Of a stretch of 64,000 bases of DNA, positions 45,475 through 55,257 are shown one piece after another. Source of the stretch: Candidatus Latescibacterota bacterium. GTDB taxonomy: Bacteria > Latescibacterota > UBA2968 > GCA-2709665. The stretch spans positions 960,001 through 1,024,000 of the forward strand of contig CBDCOX010000002.1 of assembly GCA_965219995.1 (NCBI GenBank), read 5' to 3'. The notes under the pieces are model-generated. The model did not search any database. It saw only the letters and a program-made list of their open reading frames with translations, and was not told where the DNA came from. The position numbers were made by a program, and so were the translations under genes. Each line of letters opens with the position of its first letter. Positions within the stretch are counted from its first letter, which is position 1.

Positions 45475-46629
45475 CTATCGGTCCTTCAACTCGGAAAGAA
45501 TTGAAAAAATCTCGGTGTTCGCCCGAATTGCCTCTTCGCCGTCCGGCACGGTACGCTGGTGACACGCCAGACACACCTCCCGGAGTTCCAGTTTATGACA
45601 GCTCGTGCATTCGCTCACGTTGCCGTACGGCTCGAAAAACGGCGCTTCGCGCAAGTGAAAAGCCTCCGCATCGCTGCGCCGCCCCGGGTTCTGATGACCA
45701 ACCGTGGTGGTAACACCTTCTCTCTCGTGGCAATCCTGGCAGAATGCCCTGAGTTTATGGCAGGACGCGCAGTCTCCGATCCTTCCGGAGACTTCCTCTC
45801 CATGATTTCCTCGAAAATCCGATGTGATTGAGATGACCTTAATATATCGCTCGGGACGCAGACTCTTGTATTCACCGATCAGATCCGGCGTTCCGTCGTA
45901 GTTCACGTCCATGTACCCCATTCGGTCGCATCCGCCGAAGTGCCACTCGAAGTCGAGGGATCGCGAATCGATCACGACGCCGGTATTGATGGCGATTTCG
46001 AGTTGATCGTCCTCGTCCAGGTTGGCGACGACCATGCTCTCGCCAATAAGGGTCTGTTCGCCCCTCCTCTCCTCCGCAAGATGCCTGCCGTCATAGACGA
46101 ACAGCCGCGAGTCCCGCTCTCCGGACGCGTCTTCCGCTTCGCCGAGGAAGATCAACTCCAGCTGCGGGTCCCCATCGAGATTCTCGATGGCCATCGTGGA
46201 GATCGTGGCGTATTCGTCATCTTTGCTTCGCCAGATCAACTCATACGTATCCGCATTGTAAATCACGATATCGCCCCAGTGCGAATAGGCGACGATCTCC
46301 TGGATTCCGTCGGCATTGACATCCGCGACGAACACCTGCGCCACGGATGACCTGAGGGATTGGCCAACCCAGACCTCCCGGGATCGACCCCCCGTGAACT
46401 CGAGCACGTGAAGCAGGCCCTGCCGGTCTCCGTACACCAGACGCTTCACCGTATCGGCGGCGGCGGGGATGATGCGAACGGTACGCATTTCGGAAAGTGC
46501 GCCGCCGAACGATACGTCCTTTCGCTTCTCCCACCGGAACCACTCCAGGTCTCCTGCATGCGCCAGCGTCAGCCCACCGCACAGACATGATAGCACCCAG
46601 AACAGGTTTCGAGAGAACACGCGCCGCAC
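45475..46629 (-). CDS. Secreted FG-GAP repeat protein fused to a tetraheme cytochrome c domain
   Basis: GTG start after GGAGG; signal peptide (AHA|G); four D/N-x-D/N-x-D repeats; C-terminal CASCH, CQDCH, CTSCH, CLACH. Confidence 0.82.
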   Translation of the reverse strand: MRRVFSRNLFWVLSCLCGGLTLAHAGDLEWFRWEKRKDVSFGGALSEMRTVRIIPAAADTVKRLVYGDRQGLLHVLEFTGGRSREVWVGQSLRSSVAQVFVADVNADGIQEIVAYSHWGDIVIYNADTYELIWRSKDDEYATISTMAIENLDGDPQLELIFLGEAEDASGERDSRLFVYDGRHLAEERRGEQTLIGESMVVANLDEDDQLEIAINTGVVIDSRSLDFEWHFGGCDRMGYMDVNYDGTPDLIGEYKSLRPERYIKVISITSDFRGNHGEEVSGRIGDCASCHKLRAFCQDCHEREGVTTTVGHQNPGRRSDAEAFHLREAPFFEPYGNVSECTSCHKLELREVCLACHQRTVPDGEEAIRANTEIFSILSELKDR

Positions 46630-46642
46630 GCCGGACCTCCGC

Positions 46643-47548
46643 TCAGAACAGACTGACATCTACGTTTAGATAGCGTTTCGGGTCCTCTTTGATCCCGATG
46701 ATGAGGCTGTCTACGGAGGCCAGCGTACGCCGCAGATCCAGATACAGGGACTCGTCCTGGATGAGGCGGCCCAGCGTCCCTTCGCCACGCCGCAGCTTCC
46801 CGCTCACCTCGTTCAGATCGGACAGAGACGTCCCCAGCGATTCCAATACTGTCTCCATATCGCGCGCCACCCCGTCCAGCCTCTGGGTCATGCGCCGCAA
46901 ATTCCCGACAACCTGGCGCACGTCCGCCCTGTTCTCGCCCAGCAGGCCACGTGCGTCGCGGGCGGCCAGGGCCGCTGTATCCAGAACGGCCGCGAGCGTC
47001 TCACGGTTTTCGGAAAGCGTCTGCTTCAGATGGACGGCGGTGCTGTCCATATTCGCCAGCAGGGCATCGATGTGGGCGATGTTCCGGTCGGCAAGCACGG
47101 CTTCCAGACGCTGCGCCACCGCACCGGCCTGGTCGGTCATCTCTTCAATGCCGCCTCCCGACCGTCCCTGCAGCGTGTCGTGATCGGCATAAACCCGTTC
47201 GATGTCCGATCCTACCCTGACGTCGATCATCTTGCCCCCCAACAATCCCTCGGACTGCAGGAAAACCTCAGAATCTCGCGGTAGACTTCGGATTTCCGCA
47301 AAGCCGATACTGACGATGGGCAACCCTTGCGTAAGTCTGATTTCAAGCACCTTGCCGGCCCAAACGCCCCGGATGAAGACCGGGTCGCCGGGTTGCAGCC
47401 CGGGTACGCTGTCGAAATATACATGCAACTGATACCCGCCGGCCGCCCCCGCGTAATTCTCCGACAGCCAGGCAGCGCCCAGGACGGCAATGGCGATCGC
47501 CAGAAAGATGACGGCGCCCAGAACCATCTGTTTTTCTCGACTGATCAT
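46643..47548 (-). CDS. mlaD: MCE/MlaD family protein
   Basis: N-terminal TM; PGLQPGDPV..RGV..GKV, GLLGGK MCE motifs; long helical tail; GTLGRLI.D. Confidence 0.9.
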   Translation of the reverse strand: MISREKQMVLGAVIFLAIAIAVLGAAWLSENYAGAAGGYQLHVYFDSVPGLQPGDPVFIRGVWAGKVLEIRLTQGLPIVSIGFAEIRSLPRDSEVFLQSEGLLGGKMIDVRVGSDIERVYADHDTLQGRSGGGIEEMTDQAGAVAQRLEAVLADRNIAHIDALLANMDSTAVHLKQTLSENRETLAAVLDTAALAARDARGLLGENRADVRQVVGNLRRMTQRLDGVARDMETVLESLGTSLSDLNEVSGKLRRGEGTLGRLIQDESLYLDLRRTLASVDSLIIGIKEDPKRYLNVDVSLF

Positions 47549-47560
47549 TTGTCACCCGCT

Positions 47561-48304
47561 TCAGATTCTTCCCTGAACGAACATGTCATAGACATCGTTA
47601 CCGCTCCTTTCGATTTCCTCGGGAGTCCCTTGAATGGCGGTCTTCCCGTTGTAGAGCAAGGCGATGCGGTCCGAAATCCTGCGGGCAAGCGGGAGGTCAT
47701 GGGTAACCACGACAGAGGTTACATCCAGCTCGTTCTGCAGTTTCAGTATATAGTCGCCGACGACATTGGCGGTACCCGGATCCAAACCCGTGGTCGGCTC
47801 GTCATATAGAATGAAATCCGGCGACATGGCGATCGCCCTTGCCAGCGCCGCGCGCTTGCGCATGCCTCCGGACAGTTCAACCGGCATCGTCTGCTCGGAC
47901 CCGGCGAGCCGGACCGCATCCAGGCATACGCTTACCCGCTCTTCAATCTCCCTCTCCGACATCCGGGTATGCATCCGCAGCCCGAAAGCCACATTCTCCT
48001 TGACGTTCATTGAGTCGAACAGCGCCGCGGACTGAAACAGGACGCCAATCCGTTTGCGCAACTCCTTCAGATCCCTGTTGTTGATTGAATTCATCACGTG
48101 ACCGTCCACGGTTACCCGTCCGTGATCGGCCTGCTCGATTCCGATAATGTGCTTGAGAGTCACACTCTTGCCGCACCCGCTGGGGCCGAGAATGGTGGTG
48201 ACTTCCCCCCAGCGGACTTCCAGGTCCATTCCTTTCAGGACTTCCAGATCGTCGAACCGCTTGTGTACGGCTTCAAAACTGACGGCAACGTCATTCACTG
48301 GCAT
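47561..48304 (-). CDS. mlaF: Mla-type ABC ATP-binding protein
   Basis: GPSGCGKS, FQSAALFDSMNV, LSGGMRKR, LYDEPTTGLDP. Confidence 0.92.
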   Translation of the reverse strand: MPVNDVAVSFEAVHKRFDDLEVLKGMDLEVRWGEVTTILGPSGCGKSVTLKHIIGIEQADHGRVTVDGHVMNSINNRDLKELRKRIGVLFQSAALFDSMNVKENVAFGLRMHTRMSEREIEERVSVCLDAVRLAGSEQTMPVELSGGMRKRAALARAIAMSPDFILYDEPTTGLDPGTANVVGDYILKLQNELDVTSVVVTHDLPLARRISDRIALLYNGKTAIQGTPEEIERSGNDVYDMFVQGRI

Positions 48305-48372
48305 TTCTCATCCCATACAACGAATCTGCAGGACAGGAGGAACCGCATCCGGAATGCGGGAAAAATACGCCA

Positions 48373-49203
48373 TCAATAGAGCAACGTCTTTGTCAGGAAG
48401 TAGTCGAGGATCAATATCGATGCCGCCGAAATCACCACCGCCGCGGTCGCGGCGCGTCCGACGCCCTGCGCCCCTCCGGATGCCGACAGCCCGGCGTACG
48501 AGCCGTAGAAGGTGATCAATCCCCCGTAAACCACGGACTTGATGAGGCAGACCACCAGATCGTACGAGCTGAAGTCGAGTTTCATCCCTTTTACAAAATC
48601 CGCAACTGTGATATCCATGAGAAGAATAGACATCACATAACCGGAATAAATCGACGTGAACGCGGAGAACACCACCAGCACCGGGATCATGACGATGCCG
48701 GCGAGAACGCGGGGCATGAGGAGGTAACCAACCGGATCCACGGCGAGAGAAACCAGGGCATCAACCTGCTCGGAGACCTTCATGGTGCCCACTTCCGATG
48801 CGATGCCCGCGCCCACCTGCCCCGCCAGCACCAGTCCCATGAGAATCGGTGCGAGTTCCAGCAACACGGAGCGGACAACGATGCTGCCGACCATATAGTC
48901 CGGGACATAGTCCTCCATCTGGTAGGCCATCATCGTGGATACCGCCATACCGCTGAAAGCCGATACAAGGATGACCAGAGACAACGAATTCACGCCAACC
49001 GCGTAACATTGTTCGATGATCTGGCGCCTGTAGAAGTAGACGTTCGGCAATTCGCCGAGAAACCGCCGAAAGTACCCTGCCATCGAGTGGGTCAGCAGCA
49101 GAAAGCGGGCGGTCTTTATGCCCAGAAATTGCAGCAATCGTCTCACGGGATGTTTCCGGCAATGGGTTTGCGCCGCACGAAGGCGCGACTCCGCGACAGG
49201 CAC
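48373..49203 (-). CDS. mlaE: MlaE family ABC permease; start uncertain
   Basis: ELAPIL, VGAGIASEVGTMKVSEQVDAL, PRVLA, GGAQGVG.A. Confidence 0.92.
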   Translation of the reverse strand: MPVAESRLRAAQTHCRKHPVRRLLQFLGIKTARFLLLTHSMAGYFRRFLGELPNVYFYRRQIIEQCYAVGVNSLSLVILVSAFSGMAVSTMMAYQMEDYVPDYMVGSIVVRSVLLELAPILMGLVLAGQVGAGIASEVGTMKVSEQVDALVSLAVDPVGYLLMPRVLAGIVMIPVLVVFSAFTSIYSGYVMSILLMDITVADFVKGMKLDFSSYDLVVCLIKSVVYGGLITFYGSYAGLSASGGAQGVGRAATAAVVISAASILILDYFLTKTLLY

Positions 49204-49377
49204 GGGCGTTCGGAGTAACCGACAGTCTTTACCGATTTCGAACTATACAAGCCCGGATACCATTCGGGAGTTGCTCCCAATTTAACCACTGAATTCAGTT
49301 GGATCAACGACTTTATGTTTCTCCTGCATCGCCTGCTCCGCGTCCGAAACGACGCGCCCCGACGGTCTCCGCAGCAG

Positions 49378-49411
49378 AAAAAAAGCGGGTGGGGAAAATC
49401 CCCTTACCCGC
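49378..49411 (-). terminator. Rho-independent terminator after the sigma factor
   Basis: GCGGGT..GGGGA / TCCCCACCCGC stem followed by T7. Confidence 0.75.
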
Positions 49412-49439
49412 ATATCCTGGCGCTGCTGCCGATTCCGAA

Positions 49440-50309
49440 TCAGACCTGATCCTGCCAGGCCTCTTCCGCCCGAACACGTTGCCTGAAATACCTGCGCAGT
49501 TTGCCCAGGGCGCGATTTCGGATCTGGCGTACGCGTTCACGTGTGACACCCAGTTCCTTGCCGATCTCTCCCAGCGTCCTCCGGTCTCCTCCTTCCAGGC
49601 CGAAATACGAGCGGATCACGTTGGCTTCCCGGGTGTCGAGGCTGCCGGCGAGGGAGGCGCTGATCAGTTCGGTGCGGTCCCTTTCGAGGACCTCCAGATC
49701 CGGGTGGGCATCGTCGCAATCGAGCACCTGCAACAGGGTCTTTTCTCCTTCCGCGTCGATGGGGGACTCCAGTGAGAGGTCCGTCCTTGCGCAACGAAGC
49801 GCCCGTTCCGCCCGCTTTCGACTGATCTTCATATCACTTGCCACCTCGTCGACCGTCGGCACCCGTCCCAATTCCTGAGTCATCTGCCCCCATCGCCGGG
49901 CCATGCGATCCATGTCCTCCTGCCGGTTGGCTGGCATGGCCACCGCGGAGGTACGTTTCAGCGCGTTCAATATCGCCTGGCGAATCCACCAGACCGCATA
50001 GCTGATAAATTTGTAACCCCGGGATTCATCAAACCGGTTCAGGGCTTCCATCAGACCCATGTTTCCTTCTGCAATCAGGTCTGAGAGCGGCACGCCGCGG
50101 CCCTGATACTCGAGGGCAACGCTCACAACAAAGCGCAGGTTGGATGTGACCAGCCTCTCGATTGCCTTCGGATCGCCCTTCCGGGCGCGCCTGAGGGTGT
50201 CCATCTCCTCCTTGCGCGTCATTGGCGGATACCGGCGCAGTTCCTTCAGGTATCGCTGTACGGAGGCGTCATGAGGCAGACGCTTCTTTGTGGGTTCCTG
50301 GAAGTTCAC
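49440..50309 (-). CDS. RpoD/SigA-family sigma-70 factor (short form lacking region 1.1); start uncertain
   Basis: YLKEL, SNLRFVVSVA, DLIAEGNMGL, KFISYAVWWIRQAI, TRERVRQI. Confidence 0.92.
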   Translation of the reverse strand: MNFQEPTKKRLPHDASVQRYLKELRRYPPMTRKEEMDTLRRARKGDPKAIERLVTSNLRFVVSVALEYQGRGVPLSDLIAEGNMGLMEALNRFDESRGYKFISYAVWWIRQAILNALKRTSAVAMPANRQEDMDRMARRWGQMTQELGRVPTVDEVASDMKISRKRAERALRCARTDLSLESPIDAEGEKTLLQVLDCDDAHPDLEVLERDRTELISASLAGSLDTREANVIRSYFGLEGGDRRTLGEIGKELGVTRERVRQIRNRALGKLRRYFRQRVRAEEAWQDQV

Positions 50310-50571
50310 GGCGGGGACCCATTTCTTTACAGACCGGATGGACTCTATCAACGGACTGTTGACGGCTGCAGAGCCGCCGCCCGATCTCGCCGGTATTTCC
50401 GGCGCGGATGTGGAACGACGTACGATTGGAACGATTTGGAAACACGAAAGTTCCACTTTCTTCATTGCGAACCGAGTGTCCTGTCCCGGAAACACCTCAC
50501 CATTCGGCCGACGAATCGCCCGGGATTGGTCTTCAGATTCGATATCCCCGATTCCTGCGATATCCCGCCAA

Positions 50572-50606
50572 AAGAAAAAGCGAGCCATCGAAAAATCGAC
50601 GGCTCG
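50572..50606 (-). terminator. Rho-independent terminator after tRNA-Arg
   Basis: CGAGCCGTCGA-TTTT-TCGATGGCTCG followed by CTTTTTCTTTT. Confidence 0.75.
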
Positions 50607-50619
50607 CCCCGAAATGGCA

Positions 50620-50697
50620 TGGTGGGACATACAGGATTCGAACCTGTGACCTCTGGTTCCGGAGACCAGCGCTCTATCCAGACTGAGCTAATGCCCC
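50620..50697 (-). tRNA. tRNA-Arg(CCG)
   Basis: GGGGCATTAGCTCAG...CTGGT-CT-CCG-GA-ACCAG...GGTTCGAATCC...ACCA. Confidence 0.96.
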
Positions 50698-50715
50698 CTG
50701 GACTGATGAAATTGA

Positions 50716-50805
50716 TCAGACCTTCTTGTGGCGATCTCTTCGGCGGCGCTTCTTGCGCTTGTGAGTCGCAATCTTGTGGCGTTTTCGTTTTCTTCCGCAG
50801 GGCAA
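50716..50805 (-). CDS. 29-aa basic protein, bS22/AURKAIP1-COX24-type ribosomal protein
   Basis: Not in ORF track. AAGGAGG RBS, TTG start, MPCGRKRKRHKIATHKRKKRRRRDRHKKV. Confidence 0.85.
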   Translation of the reverse strand: MPCGRKRKRHKIATHKRKKRRRRDRHKKV

Positions 50806-50848
50806 GTAATGCTCCTCCTTGTCGGTCTTTCGGTGTCGCGGCGTGGGT

Positions 50849-51136
50849 TCAGCCTGCCTGTTCGCCCGTGAGGCCCGTCCGCAGTTCCCGGGAAGGCTTG
50901 AATACCGGCGCAGGGCGCTCCGGAATCTTGACGACGTCGCCCGTCTTGGGATTTCGACCTATCCGGGGTGCCCGGGTCACAACCTTGAATGTCCCAAACC
51001 CTCGAATTTCGATGTGCTCGCCATGTTTCAATGCCGTCACCACCGAGTCGAGGAAACCCTCCACGACAGCCGCCGTATCCGATTTCGGCAACCCCGTGGC
51101 CTCTGCAATCTGACTGACGATATCGGCTTTGGTCAC
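50849..51136 (-). CDS. hup: HU-family DNA-binding protein
   Basis: MTKADIV, IEIRGFGTF, GRNPKTG, PVFKPS. Confidence 0.93.
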   Translation of the reverse strand: MTKADIVSQIAEATGLPKSDTAAVVEGFLDSVVTALKHGEHIEIRGFGTFKVVTRAPRIGRNPKTGDVVKIPERPAPVFKPSRELRTGLTGEQAG

Positions 51137-51248
51137 CGAATCCCCTTTCTAAACAGGCTTGTGACTCAACGAATAACAGACCGGTCGATTTGGCCTGGAC
51201 AAACGAAAAGGATATACAAATGACGTCGCTTTGTCAACAAAAATCAGT

Positions 51249-53033
51249 TTACTGCCGGGCGCTTCCGATGTACTGGAGTTGATGAAGCCGGTGATAGATG
51301 CCCTTGCTCGCCAACAGGGCTTCGTGTGTCCCGGTTTCCCGGATCTCACCCCTGTGAAGGACCAGAATCCGATGGGCGCTACGGACCGTTGAAATGCGAT
51401 GCGCTATGACAATGGACGTCCTCGAACGCATCAGTCTGCCCACCGCATCCTGAATCCACACCTCAGTCTCGGTGTCTACGCTGGACGTGGCTTCGTCCAG
51501 GACCAGAATGTCGGGTTCAAATGCGATCGCACGGGCAAAAGCCAGCAACTGGCGTTGTCCTCCGGACAGGGTGCCGCCCCGCTCAGTGACGGTGTGCCCG
51601 TATCCGGAGGGCAGGCGGCTGATGAACCGGTCCGCGTTTACGTCCCGTGCGGCCTGTTCGACCTGCTGCCGTGAAATCCCGGGGTTTCTCAAGCGGATAT
51701 TCGCATCGATGTCCCCCGAGAACAGGAACACGTCCTGTTGGACAACGCCTATGCGCCTCCTTAAGGCCTCTACATCCCACTCGCCTATATCGATCCCGTC
51801 AATTCGAATCCGCCCGCGCTGGATTTCGTAGAATCTGCACAGCAGGTTTATGATCGTGGTTTTTCCTGAACCCGTCGCGCCGACGATGGCCAGCCGTTCC
51901 CCCGGTTCTACGATGAACGAGACGTCTTTCAGTACCCAGTCATCCTGGTTGTAGGCGAACCACACGTTGGAAAACTCGATCTCCCCTCTGATCTTCCTCG
52001 GCCCGTTCAGACCGCGGCCGGGCTCCGGCCGCGTGTCCAGGAGCTCGAATATCCGCTCCGAAGACGCCATAGCGGCCTGGAGAATCGCGTACCGTTCGGC
52101 GACATCCAGAATGGGCCAGAAGAACCTGGGGATGTACTGCAGCATGGCGATCAGCGCTCCCCACTCGATCTGGGACCGCATCACATCGTCGCTGCCCTGC
52201 CAGATAACCAGCGCCGTGGCCGCGGACCCGAGCAACTGCATAATCGGGAAGTAGAGTGAGTAATACAGCGTCGACTCCAGATTCGCGTTCAGGTACCGGC
52301 CGTTGACGCCGTCGAAGCGCTCGGCATGCCGGCTTTCGCGGCCGAAAAGCTGCACCACCGACATTCCCGTGATATTCTCCTGCAAATAGGCGTTCAGGCG
52401 CGCCAACCGGCTGCGCGCGAGGCGAAAGGCCCGCAACATGCGTCCCTGGAACCAGAATGTCACGCCGAACATGACGGGCACCGTCGCACAGACCCACAGC
52501 GCCAGTGAGGCGTCCATGTAGAACATGTAGGCCATAATCGCGATCAGCGTGAAAATGTCGCTGAACACGGCCACGACCCCATCCGTAAACAATTCGTTGA
52601 GCGCGTCCACGTCGTTCGTATTGCGGGTCATCAGGCGACCGATCGGCGTGCGGTCGAAGAACTTTACCGGCAAACGCTGAAGGTGAGCAAAAATTGCTTT
52701 TCGGATATCGTACATCACCCACTGACCGACCATCTGTGTCACCAGCCTCTGTGCCATGTCTGCCAGGAACTGAAACACGAGCAGCCCGACAAACACGAGC
52801 ACGATCCGGTTCAGGCCCGCCACGTCGCCGGGAAGGATATGGTCGTCCACCGCAATCTTGCTCAGATAGGGTCCGGCCTGCCTGGCTGCAGACGTCATGA
52901 GAATCAGGACGAAGGCAACCGTCACCCAGCGCCTGTACGGCTTGAGATAACCGAGAAGGCGCCACATCAGCCGGGAATCGAACGGCTTCTGCGCCACCTC
53001 TTCTTCGTGCATATCGCGGGTTGCATCAGACAT
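51249..53033 (-). CDS. ABC exporter, fused TMD-NBD (heterodimer subunit B)
   Basis: GATGSGKT, LSGGQRQ, LDEATSSVD, IAHR. Confidence 0.93.
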   Translation of the reverse strand: MSDATRDMHEEEVAQKPFDSRLMWRLLGYLKPYRRWVTVAFVLILMTSAARQAGPYLSKIAVDDHILPGDVAGLNRIVLVFVGLLVFQFLADMAQRLVTQMVGQWVMYDIRKAIFAHLQRLPVKFFDRTPIGRLMTRNTNDVDALNELFTDGVVAVFSDIFTLIAIMAYMFYMDASLALWVCATVPVMFGVTFWFQGRMLRAFRLARSRLARLNAYLQENITGMSVVQLFGRESRHAERFDGVNGRYLNANLESTLYYSLYFPIMQLLGSAATALVIWQGSDDVMRSQIEWGALIAMLQYIPRFFWPILDVAERYAILQAAMASSERIFELLDTRPEPGRGLNGPRKIRGEIEFSNVWFAYNQDDWVLKDVSFIVEPGERLAIVGATGSGKTTIINLLCRFYEIQRGRIRIDGIDIGEWDVEALRRRIGVVQQDVFLFSGDIDANIRLRNPGISRQQVEQAARDVNADRFISRLPSGYGHTVTERGGTLSGGQRQLLAFARAIAFEPDILVLDEATSSVDTETEVWIQDAVGRLMRSRTSIVIAHRISTVRSAHRILVLHRGEIRETGTHEALLASKGIYHRLHQLQYIGSARQ

Positions 53034-53072
53034 ATGGGTTCACACGACCGGGACGCCTGGAACTCCCCCTGT

Positions 53073-54854
53073 TCAGATTTCCTCGAGTTCGCGCGTCAGT
53101 TGCTGGCGCCGGTGCATCGCGGCGTAGATGCCGCCCTCGCCGACCAGTTCGGTGTGCGTGCCACGTTCCACGATCGCGCCTTCATCCAGCACGACGATCT
53201 GATCCGCGTCCTGAACGGTTGAAATCCGGTGCGCAATGATGATGGTGGTTCTGGACGCCATCACATCGCGAAGGCGACTCAATATCCGCTCTTCGGTCTG
53301 CGTATCGACGCTGGCGAGCGCATCATCCAGGATCAGAATCTCCGGTCGGCGAATCACCGCACGGGCCAACGCCGTACGCTGCTTCTGACCGCCGGACAAC
53401 GTAACGCCGCGTTCACCGATTACTGTTTCGATTCCCAACGGGAAATTCGCCAGATCGCTCGAAAGGCCGGCAACGTCACACGCCCACCGTATGTCGGCCT
53501 CGGCGGCCCCGTCGCTCCCCAGGCAGATGTTCTCCCGAAGCGAGTCCGAGAAGAGAAACGTGTCCTGCGGCACGAATCCGATGGACGCCCGGAGCGCCGC
53601 CAGAGGGACTTCATCCACGGAGACGCCGTCGATCAGCACCGCGCCGTCCGTCGGCAGGATCAGGCGCGGGATCAGGCGGGCCAGGGTGGTCTTTCCGGAA
53701 CCCACGCGTCCGACCACGGCCAGCGTCCTGCCCCTTGGAATATGGAGATTGATATCCTTCAGTACGGGCGCACCGTTGTACGCAAAGGTCAGATTCCGGA
53801 ATTCGATCTCACCGCCCGGCGGCCCGGCGCCTTTTACGCGCGCCGAGTCCTCGATCTCGGGTCGTGTCTCGAGGACTTCCTCAATCCGCTTCATGGATGC
53901 CAGTCCCCGCTGGTACCGATCGATCATCCATCCCAGGGTAATCATCGGGAAAATCAACTTGGTCAGATAGGCGTTGAATGCCACGAAATCCCCCAGCGTC
54001 AGCCGGCCCTCAATCACATGAGTGCCGCCGATCCAGAGAATGACCGCCAGCGACGCTCCGCTGATGAGAAAGGTCAACGGAAAAAGAAGGCTCTGAATAC
54101 GAATCAGCCTGCCGTTCTTGACCAGATATTCCCGGCTCAATTCGTCGAACGCATCCATCTCCGCCCCACTCTGAGCGAATGCCTTTACCACACGGATGCC
54201 GGACAGATTCTCCTGAACGCGGGCGCTGATCCGCGAGAACTGTTCCTGAACGGACCGGAATCCCTGGTGTACCCGGCCCGCCAGGCGGTTCATGACCAAC
54301 GCCATCACGGGCATCGGGACGACTGCAAGCAATGCGAGTTTCCAGTCGATCCAGCACATGACCAGCATACTCAGGGTCAGTCCCAGCACCGCGCCAAACA
54401 ACATGCGCACGCCGAATCCAAGAAACATCCGGACGGCGTTCACGTCGTTGGTGGCCCGGGAAATCAGGTCTCCCGTGGGCGTCTGATGGAAATAGCTCAG
54501 AGATTGCCGCAACAGCACCTTGAAATAATCCCGTCGAATATCGTACTCGACGAGGCGCGATACACTGTTCAGGCACCAGCGCATGCCCATTTCCAGCCCC
54601 ATCTGCACGAGCGCGAGGCCGACGATCAGCATTGCCCAGAAGGCAACCTGCTCGCCGACGCCAACCCACGAAAGGTCGACGCCGGGAGGCGTGCCGTCCA
54701 ACCGTTCCTTGACCAGATCGACCGCTTCTTTCAGCGCGAGCGGGATCGCGCTCGACGCGAGTTGCGCGATCGACAACAGCAGCAGCCCCAAGAGGATACG
54801 GTTCCTGTAGGGTCTCAGGTACTTCCGGAAGGGTCTGAAGGGATTAAGCGTCAT
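53073..54854 (-). CDS. ABC exporter, fused TMD-NBD (heterodimer subunit A)
   Basis: GRVGSGKT, LSGGQKQR, degenerate Walker B LDDALASVD typical of MdlA/YheI-type halves. Confidence 0.93.
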   Translation of the reverse strand: MTLNPFRPFRKYLRPYRNRILLGLLLLSIAQLASSAIPLALKEAVDLVKERLDGTPPGVDLSWVGVGEQVAFWAMLIVGLALVQMGLEMGMRWCLNSVSRLVEYDIRRDYFKVLLRQSLSYFHQTPTGDLISRATNDVNAVRMFLGFGVRMLFGAVLGLTLSMLVMCWIDWKLALLAVVPMPVMALVMNRLAGRVHQGFRSVQEQFSRISARVQENLSGIRVVKAFAQSGAEMDAFDELSREYLVKNGRLIRIQSLLFPLTFLISGASLAVILWIGGTHVIEGRLTLGDFVAFNAYLTKLIFPMITLGWMIDRYQRGLASMKRIEEVLETRPEIEDSARVKGAGPPGGEIEFRNLTFAYNGAPVLKDINLHIPRGRTLAVVGRVGSGKTTLARLIPRLILPTDGAVLIDGVSVDEVPLAALRASIGFVPQDTFLFSDSLRENICLGSDGAAEADIRWACDVAGLSSDLANFPLGIETVIGERGVTLSGGQKQRTALARAVIRRPEILILDDALASVDTQTEERILSRLRDVMASRTTIIIAHRISTVQDADQIVVLDEGAIVERGTHTELVGEGGIYAAMHRRQQLTRELEEI

Positions 54855-54893
54855 TCAGTGTCCTGTCACGGGAAGTTCTCACGATTCGGCCGT

Positions 54894-55211
54894 CTATACG
54901 TCGGCGTGCCACCGGTACACGTCCAGATCCACTTTTCCGTTCACAAAGGCCACGCCTTCGGCCTCGAGGAGGCGTTCCTGGACCAGATGCGCCTTACTGG
55001 CTGCCGTGCGGATCGACACGGTTCCCCGTGCGTTAATCACCCGGTGCCACGGGCATCTTGTGCATGCCGGCAATGCCTTGAGCGCCTGCCCCACCTGTCT
55101 GGGTCCCACGCCTGCAATCTTCGCAATCTGGCCGTAGGTTGCCACCGTCCCTGCGGGAATCCTCGCGACCACGCGATAAATCTTCCGGAACGTGCGCTCG
55201 AACTCCGGCAT
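54894..55211 (-). CDS. Alkyltransferase-like (ATL/YbaZ, MGMT family) protein
   Basis: IPAGTVATYGQIA; PWHRVIN has Trp in place of the catalytic Cys. Confidence 0.9.
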   Translation of the reverse strand: MPEFERTFRKIYRVVARIPAGTVATYGQIAKIAGVGPRQVGQALKALPACTRCPWHRVINARGTVSIRTAASKAHLVQERLLEAEGVAFVNGKVDLDVYRWHADV

Positions 55212-55257
55212 TTGGTACACGATCCTTCCAGAAATGATGGAACACGCAGGATCCGGC

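Noticed and set aside
54894-55211. Active O6-methylguanine methyltransferase (ogt)
   Set aside because: PWHRV lacks the acceptor Cys of PCHRV, so it is an ATL protein.
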